Positions 58,938 to 64,000 of a DNA stretch of 64,000 nucleotides are shown here, piece after piece. Source of the stretch: Candidatus Nomurabacteria bacterium (lineage in GTDB: Bacteria; Patescibacteriota; Minisyncoccia; Phycocordibacterales; UBA9973); NCBI GenBank assembly GCA_026395915.1, contig JAPLXU010000012.1, positions 8,996 to 72,995 of the forward strand, read 5' to 3'. Made by a program: the position numbers and the translations under genes. Under the pieces are notes generated by a model, which saw only the letters and a program-made list of their open reading frames with translations, had not been told where the DNA came from and did not search any database. Each line of letters opens with the position of its first letter. The first letter of the stretch is position 1.

Positions 58938-60407
58938 ATGCCTAGTGTAAAAGAAATAACTGATCTAATAGTCGGAGGAGTCAGCCAGCAAGAACAAGAA
59001 CTTATAGAAAAAGCATACAAGCTTGCAGAAAAAGCGCACGAGGGTCAAACAAGAATTAACGGAGAACCCCATTTTATCCACCCATTTGAAACTGCAAAAA
59101 TTTTGGCTTCGCTTGGCATGGATATAGAAACCATAGTCAGCGGTCTTTTGCATGATATTTTGGAAGACAAAAAAATGACTGAAGCAGAATTGAAAAACGA
59201 ATTCGGCGGAGAAGTGCTTTTTTTAGTAAAGAGTGTTACGGGTTTGGGTAAATTAAAATATCTTGGGCACGAAAGATATGTGGAAAGTTTACGTAAACTT
59301 TTTATAGCTATGGCAAGTGATTTGCGTGTCGTTGTCATAAAGTTTGCCGATAGATTGCACTATTTACGAATATTGCAATATTTACGTGAAGATAAAAGAC
59401 GCAGAATAGCTGTGGAATCAATTGAAGTTTACGCTGCGCTCGCAAATCGCCTTGGGATGGGAAAACTCAAGGGCGATATTGAGGATGCCGCTTTTCCGTT
59501 CGCTTTTCCAAAAGAACACACATCAGTAGAAGAAATAATTGAAGTAAAAAAAGAATCGTATCAAAAACATTTGGCAGAAATAAAAAAAAGACTCGAAAAA
59601 GAATTAAATGAAAACAAAATTAATGTGTCCGAAATTAACTACAGAATAAAACACAAATTCAGCTTATGGAAAAAACTTTTACAGCATGATATGGATATAG
59701 ATAAAATATACGATGTGGTCGCCCTTCGTATCGTAGTAGAAAGTATTGAGGAATGTTACAGAGTCCTCGGAATTATACACTCAATTTGGAACCCATTGCC
59801 CGGCAGAATAAAAGACTATATCTCACTACCAAAACCTAACGGCTATCAATCTATTCACACTACCGTTTTCACTGGAGGAGGTGGAACGGCAGAAATTCAA
59901 ATAAGAACAGAAAAAATGCATGCGGAAGCGGCTTATGGTATTGCAGCTCATTTTGCTTACAAAGAACAAGGCAGTAAAAAAATTAATAAAGATAAATCAA
60001 AGTTCAAATGGATTGAAGAGTTAAAAAGCTTGAATTACGCTCCAAATAAACCAAAAGTTTTTTTGGAGCATCTTAAAATGGATTTTTTCAGCAATCATAT
60101 TTTCGTTTTCACACCAGAAGGAGACGTCGTCGATTTGCCGGAAAATTCTAGTCCAATTGATTTCGCCTATTCAATACATTCTGATATAGGAAACCATATC
60201 TCCGGCGCAAAAATCAACGGAAAAATGTCCCATATTTTTTCAAAATTAAAAAACAGAGATATTGTAGAAATAATAAAAAATAAGGATGCTCATCCATCTA
60301 ATAAATGGCTAGAATCTGCGAGAACAACTATCGCTAGAAAACACATAAGATCATATCTGGAAAAGCATAGCTTGTTAAATAGACTTAGATCATTCGGGCG
60401 AACTTAG
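58938..60407 (+). CDS. rel: (p)ppGpp synthetase/hydrolase Rel, short form (HD + synthetase + TGS, no ACT)
   Basis: HD motif 'HPFETAKIL..LLHDILED'. Synthetase 'YQSIHTTV'. TGS 'IFVFTPEGDVVDLP'. 489 aa. Confidence 0.85.
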   Translation: MPSVKEITDLIVGGVSQQEQELIEKAYKLAEKAHEGQTRINGEPHFIHPFETAKILASLGMDIETIVSGLLHDILEDKKMTEAELKNEFGGEVLFLVKSVTGLGKLKYLGHERYVESLRKLFIAMASDLRVVVIKFADRLHYLRILQYLREDKRRRIAVESIEVYAALANRLGMGKLKGDIEDAAFPFAFPKEHTSVEEIIEVKKESYQKHLAEIKKRLEKELNENKINVSEINYRIKHKFSLWKKLLQHDMDIDKIYDVVALRIVVESIEECYRVLGIIHSIWNPLPGRIKDYISLPKPNGYQSIHTTVFTGGGGTAEIQIRTEKMHAEAAYGIAAHFAYKEQGSKKINKDKSKFKWIEELKSLNYAPNKPKVFLEHLKMDFFSNHIFVFTPEGDVVDLPENSSPIDFAYSIHSDIGNHISGAKINGKMSHIFSKLKNRDIVEIIKNKDAHPSNKWLESARTTIARKHIRSYLEKHSLLNRLRSFGRT

Positions 60408-60413
60408 ATATCA

Positions 60414-61421
60414 TTAGATGCTAAAATTAGAAATGTTGTATAGGTCAGCATCGTCTGTCTTTATTTCTTCTTTGCTTCTATCATCGATAGGAGTTTCTGT
60501 GCTTGAAACTCCAGTCTCTTCTGTCTTGGATGCAACAGTGGACTCGCTTTTAGCAATATGATTTTCCATCATTTCGTCAGGCTTTCTCTCGACGTTTGAC
60601 TTATTTATTAAGTCTAAAATAGCGCGCAAATCGTCTGTGGAAAAATAATCTATTTTGATCTGTCCACCCAATTCTTTCCTGTCGATATGAACTCGAGTGC
60701 CTAGTTTTTCTTGAAATTCTTCTTCGAGTTCAGTTATTTCTGGGTCTGGCATAAATTCCTTCTTGCGAACTCTATCATAAGCTATTTTTCTAGCCAATTT
60801 TTCCGCTTCGCGCACAGTAATTTTTTTATAAACAATTTCTTTAAAAAGTACTAACTGCTCCTCAGGGTGATCAGCGAGCATCAATATCGGTCGAGTATGC
60901 CCTTCGGTAATCTTTCCTTCCGATAGACCATTTAAAATTTCTTCAGGTAAAGTCAGAATACGCAACGAATTAGAAACATATTCCCTGCTTCTGCCCATTT
61001 TTTTTGCAACTTCATTATGCGTGAATTTAAATTCATTTACTAATCTGAAAAAGGCTCTAGCGCGATCGACAGCATTCAGGTCCTCGCGTTGCAGATTTTC
61101 AATAATCGCAAGCTCGAGCTTCATAATGGCAGTATCGCCTGTGCGAATTATAACAGGCACTTGTGTTACATGAGCAATAATTGCCGCGCGAAGTCTTCGT
61201 TCGCCAGCGATAAGTTCGTATTCAGTAACCAGTCCATCTCCTCCTTCTTTTTCTCTTTCCACACGAGAAACAGTCAAAGGTTGAAGAACTCCGTATTGTT
61301 TTATCGAGTCCGCCAGATCTTGCAAACGAGCCTCGTCAAAATCTCGCCTCGGCTGATATGGGTTTGGTTTTATTTTATCCGTGTCGATCCAAAAAATTGA
61401 ATTTGAATATACGTTTGACAT
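60414..61421 (-). CDS. parB: ParB/Spo0J chromosome partitioning protein
   Basis: 'IKPNPYQPRRDFD' and 'ELIAGERRLRAA' ParB motifs. Acidic C-terminal tail. Convergent with rel across a 6-bp gap. Confidence 0.85.
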   Translation of the reverse strand: MSNVYSNSIFWIDTDKIKPNPYQPRRDFDEARLQDLADSIKQYGVLQPLTVSRVEREKEGGDGLVTEYELIAGERRLRAAIIAHVTQVPVIIRTGDTAIMKLELAIIENLQREDLNAVDRARAFFRLVNEFKFTHNEVAKKMGRSREYVSNSLRILTLPEEILNGLSEGKITEGHTRPILMLADHPEEQLVLFKEIVYKKITVREAEKLARKIAYDRVRKKEFMPDPEITELEEEFQEKLGTRVHIDRKELGGQIKIDYFSTDDLRAILDLINKSNVERKPDEMMENHIAKSESTVASKTEETGVSSTETPIDDRSKEEIKTDDADLYNISNFSI

Positions 61422-61470
61422 AGATTGATTTTAACATAAAAATTTAGTAAAGTGTAAATGTGTAAAACTT

Positions 61471-61554
61471 GCCGGAGTGGCGAAATTGGTAACCGCAATT
61501 GACTCAAAATCAATCGGGGGCAACCCCTTGGGAGTTCGAGTCTCCCCTCCGGCA
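61471..61554 (+). tRNA. tRNA-Leu (anticodon CAA), class II with long variable arm; no encoded CCA
   Basis: Acceptor GCCGGAG/CTCCGGC+A. Anticodon stem-loop attga-CTCAAAA-tcaat. T-arm GGGAG-TTCGAGT-CTCCC. Variable stem cgggg..cccc. Confidence 0.85.
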
Positions 61555-61578
61555 CAAAATATGTTTATATTTTTTAAT

Positions 61579-61607
61579 TTGACTAAAATCGTATAGTGTA
61601 TTATACT
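61579..61607 (+). promoter_or_regulatory. sigma70-like promoter (TTGACT-17-TATACT with TG extension)
   Basis: -35 TTGACT at 61579-61584. 17-bp spacer. -10 TATACT at 61602-61607. Upstream of the small ORF at 61690. Confidence 0.45.
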
Positions 61608-61689
61608 CGTAGTATTATCAGGACTTCAAACAACTGGTAATCTCAATCGTGATGATACGAACGAGAAATTTGTCCTTTGGGAGAAAAAT

Positions 61690-61935
61690 ATGCTAAACTT
61701 AGCAACGGTAAAGGGTAAAAAAATTGCCCTAGAAGCTCTGGAGCAACGACGAAAAGAAAACGCCAAAAGGAAGAAGATTGACAACAAAGATCTCCCTGCT
61801 GGCTCACCGATGTACTTCTATTGCTTAAGCTGCAACGGAATAGCTGATCAGCTTCCGGAGAGGTACTTTCTTTCCACACCAAAAAGAATTTGCGACGAAT
61901 GCTTTGCACTCAAGGAATTGGGTTGGTTGGAATAG
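61690..61935 (+). CDS. small zinc-ribbon protein (hypothetical)
   Basis: 81 aa with CxxC..CxxC ('YCLSCNG..ICDEC'). Followed by a strong terminator. Confidence 0.4.
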   Translation: MLNLATVKGKKIALEALEQRRKENAKRKKIDNKDLPAGSPMYFYCLSCNGIADQLPERYFLSTPKRICDECFALKELGWLE

Positions 61936-61962
61936 TAGTTACGTCGCACCGCCAATCAATCT

Positions 61963-62007
61963 GAACCCTCTTGTAGAATTCATTTCTGCTCGAGGGTTCT
62001 GTTTTTT
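61963..62007 (+). terminator. rho-independent terminator
   Basis: gaaccctc-N21-gagggttc hairpin followed by TGTTTTTT. Confidence 0.7.
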
Positions 62008-62032
62008 AAAAATTATACTATCTACTTGCAAT

Positions 62033-62050
62033 TATCTCATATATGAGATA
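62033..62050. promoter_or_regulatory. 18-bp perfect palindrome; candidate operator for the XRE HTH of the downstream gene
   Basis: TATCTCATATATGAGATA equals its own reverse complement. 12 nt upstream of the ATG at 62062. Confidence 0.45.
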
Positions 62051-62061
62051 TACTTCTTCTT

Positions 62062-63585
62062 ATGAAAATAAAGATGCAAAATGAGCAACAAAAGATAGGC
62101 TTTTTTATTAAAGAATTACGCGAACACCGCGGAATGACACAAGAAGAACTCGCAAAAGCTCTCAATACTTCTCAAAGCTCAATTCCAAGAATGGAAAAAG
62201 GTGAGCAAAATTTCACCACAGAATTACTCTCAAAAATAAGTAATGTTTTAGACCATCAAATAGTTTCAATAAATGATTCAATAGACTTTCAAGTGAACGG
62301 AGGTAAAAAATTGAGCGGGACAATTAAAACAAATTTTTCCAAAAACGGTTCGGTGGGTCTTCTTTGCGCGTCGCTTTTAAACAACGGAACAACGACCCTG
62401 CATGGTATTGCTCGAATTGAAGAGGTTTATAGAGTAATTGAAATTCTAGAAAGCATCGGCGTTATCGTAAGATGGCTCAATCAAAATACCTTGACTATCA
62501 CGCCTCCAAAAAAATTCAATTTAGAAAATATCAATACAGAATCAGCAATCAAAACTCGCTCTGTCGTGATGCTCATGGGACCTCTCGTCCATAAACTGTC
62601 TTCCTTCTCGATTCCCCACCCGCACGGATGCAATTTAGGCAAAAGAACAATTGCAGCTCATATTTACGCGCTTGAAAAACTTGGAATAAAAATTAAAACC
62701 ACTAGCGAAAAATATGAAATTACGGCTAAAAGAATGAAATCAGCAGAAATAGTAATGTACGAATCTGGAGATACTGCCTGCGAAAATGTTTTGACTGCCT
62801 CGGCACTTATCCAAGGCGAAACAAAAATAAATTTTGCCAGCGCAAATTACATGGTGCAAGAAGTTTGTTTCTTTCTCGAAGCTTTGGGTGTAAAGATCGA
62901 TGGTATAGGCACTGCCAGTCTAACTGTCTACGGGATAAAAGAAATCAACAAAGACATTGAATATTGGAACAGCGAGGACCCTATAGAATCAATGATGTTT
63001 ATTTCAGCTGGAATTATTACTGATTCAAAACTTACAATTACTCGAGCACCGATTGACTTCTTGGCGCTTGAATTGGAAAAATTAAAAAGAATGAATTTAA
63101 AATACAAAACTTCGAAAGTTTATTATTCATTTAACGGCAGAACAAAACTTGTCGATATAGAAATATTTCCAAGTAAATTAATTGCGCTGAATGACAAACT
63201 TCATTCAAATCCCTATCCGGGAATAAATATAGATAACCTGCCTTTTTTTGTGCCAGTTGCTATCAAAGCCAAAGGACAGACCATGATTCACGATTGGGTT
63301 TACGAAAATAGAGCTATATATCTTACAGAATTAAATCGTCTAGGCGCAGATATTACTCTCGCTGATCCGCATCGTCTATATATCAATGGTGGTACGCCTC
63401 TTCGAGGGGCCCAAGTAGTTTGCCCTCCGGCCTTGCGTCCATCAATGGTGATTCTCATCTCAATGCTTGGAGCAAGTGGCACTTCAATTTTGCGAAATGT
63501 CTATATGATAAATCGAGGTTATGAAGAAATCGCCGAAAGACTAAACTCCATCGGCGCAGATATTAAAATCATCAAAGGAAACTAA
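62062..63585 (+). CDS. murA: UDP-N-acetylglucosamine 1-carboxyvinyltransferase (MurA) with N-terminal XRE-type helix-turn-helix domain
   Basis: N-terminus 'LRELREHRGMTQEELAKALNTSQSSIPRMEKGE' is an XRE HTH. Then the EPT fold with the active-site loop 'HPHGCNLGKRT' (Cys present). 507 aa. Confidence 0.75.
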   Translation: MKIKMQNEQQKIGFFIKELREHRGMTQEELAKALNTSQSSIPRMEKGEQNFTTELLSKISNVLDHQIVSINDSIDFQVNGGKKLSGTIKTNFSKNGSVGLLCASLLNNGTTTLHGIARIEEVYRVIEILESIGVIVRWLNQNTLTITPPKKFNLENINTESAIKTRSVVMLMGPLVHKLSSFSIPHPHGCNLGKRTIAAHIYALEKLGIKIKTTSEKYEITAKRMKSAEIVMYESGDTACENVLTASALIQGETKINFASANYMVQEVCFFLEALGVKIDGIGTASLTVYGIKEINKDIEYWNSEDPIESMMFISAGIITDSKLTITRAPIDFLALELEKLKRMNLKYKTSKVYYSFNGRTKLVDIEIFPSKLIALNDKLHSNPYPGINIDNLPFFVPVAIKAKGQTMIHDWVYENRAIYLTELNRLGADITLADPHRLYINGGTPLRGAQVVCPPALRPSMVILISMLGASGTSILRNVYMINRGYEEIAERLNSIGADIKIIKGN

Positions 63586-63653
63586 TGCGCCTTTCGAGAA
63601 ATAACTTTTTGCGGGGTTTCGAGGCTGGCGAGCCGAAAACTTCAGGATTTTTT

Positions 63654-64000
63654 ATGCTTAAAAAAATCCGTACCAAAAAAAAGTTTATTTCTCGAAAGGC
63701 GCCGAGAGTTATTGTTATTCTTGGTCAAACTGCCACTGGCAAAAGTAATTTAGCAGTAAAAATCGCCCAAAAAATTAATGGCGAAATAATTTCAGCTGAT
63801 TCGAGACAAGTTTATAAGTGGCTTAACATTGGAACTGGAAAAATTACAAAAAAGGAAATGAGAGGAGTTCCTCATCATCTTCTCGACGTAGTAAAACCAA
63901 AAGAAAAATTCACTGTTGCTAAATACAAAGAATTAGCTGAAGAAAAAATTAAAGATATAATTTTTCGAGGAAAAACACCGATAATCTGTGGTGGCACAGG
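63654..64000 (+). CDS. miaA: tRNA dimethylallyltransferase (5' partial; continues past window end)
   Basis: 'VIVILGQTATGKS' P-loop. 'ISADSRQVYK..IGTGK' is also typical of MiaA. No stop within the window. Confidence 0.8.
   Translation, partial: MLKKIRTKKKFISRKAPRVIVILGQTATGKSNLAVKIAQKINGEIISADSRQVYKWLNIGTGKITKKEMRGVPHHLLDVVKPKEKFTVAKYKELAEEKIKDIIFRGKTPIICGGT

Noticed and set aside
1-64000. Alternative genetic code (e.g. UGA recoding, as in some candidate-phylum lineages)
   Set aside because: Conserved genes (glmS, topA, pepN, purL) are full length with standard stops and show no in-frame TGA interruptions.

Overview
This is an AT-rich (~35% GC) window from a streamlined bacterial genome, possibly a candidate-phylum (Patescibacteria-like) lineage. 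Genes are densely packed on both strands.

The core of the window is a large de novo purine/GMP supercluster: purSL, purQ, purF, a purN-purD fusion, purA, guaB, guaA, purH, purE, purM, purC and purB. It is flanked by cell-envelope genes (glmS, mrdA, ctpA, M23 and M15 peptidases, murG, ftsW, mraY, an HTH-murA fusion) and housekeeping genes (acs, gltX, rplI, rpmA, scpAB, pepN, topA, rel, parB, tRNA-Leu, the start of miaA).

Several things are not ordinary housekeeping:
- A family of four ~560-590 aa cysteine-rich paralogues sits in two tandem pairs. One pair is wedged inside the pur operon.
- A conserved ~47-nt core, closed by a long covarying inverted-repeat stem, occurs three times. Each copy lies just upstream of a gene start (purH, rplI, scpB). 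It looks like a structured RNA.
- Several families of short GC-rich hairpin elements are inserted in frame inside housekeeping genes (purL, purD, purE, mrdA, pepN).
- ~160-bp copies of a composite version of these elements flank a DUF559 endonuclease-like gene as direct repeats.
- Three GC-rich (~52-58%) genes look horizontally acquired.
- A DUF1566 gene is split by a 37-bp tandem duplication.
- An 18-bp perfect palindrome lies at the promoter of the HTH-MurA fusion gene.

No CRISPR array, rRNA, integrase or transposase was seen. The standard genetic code fits all conserved genes.
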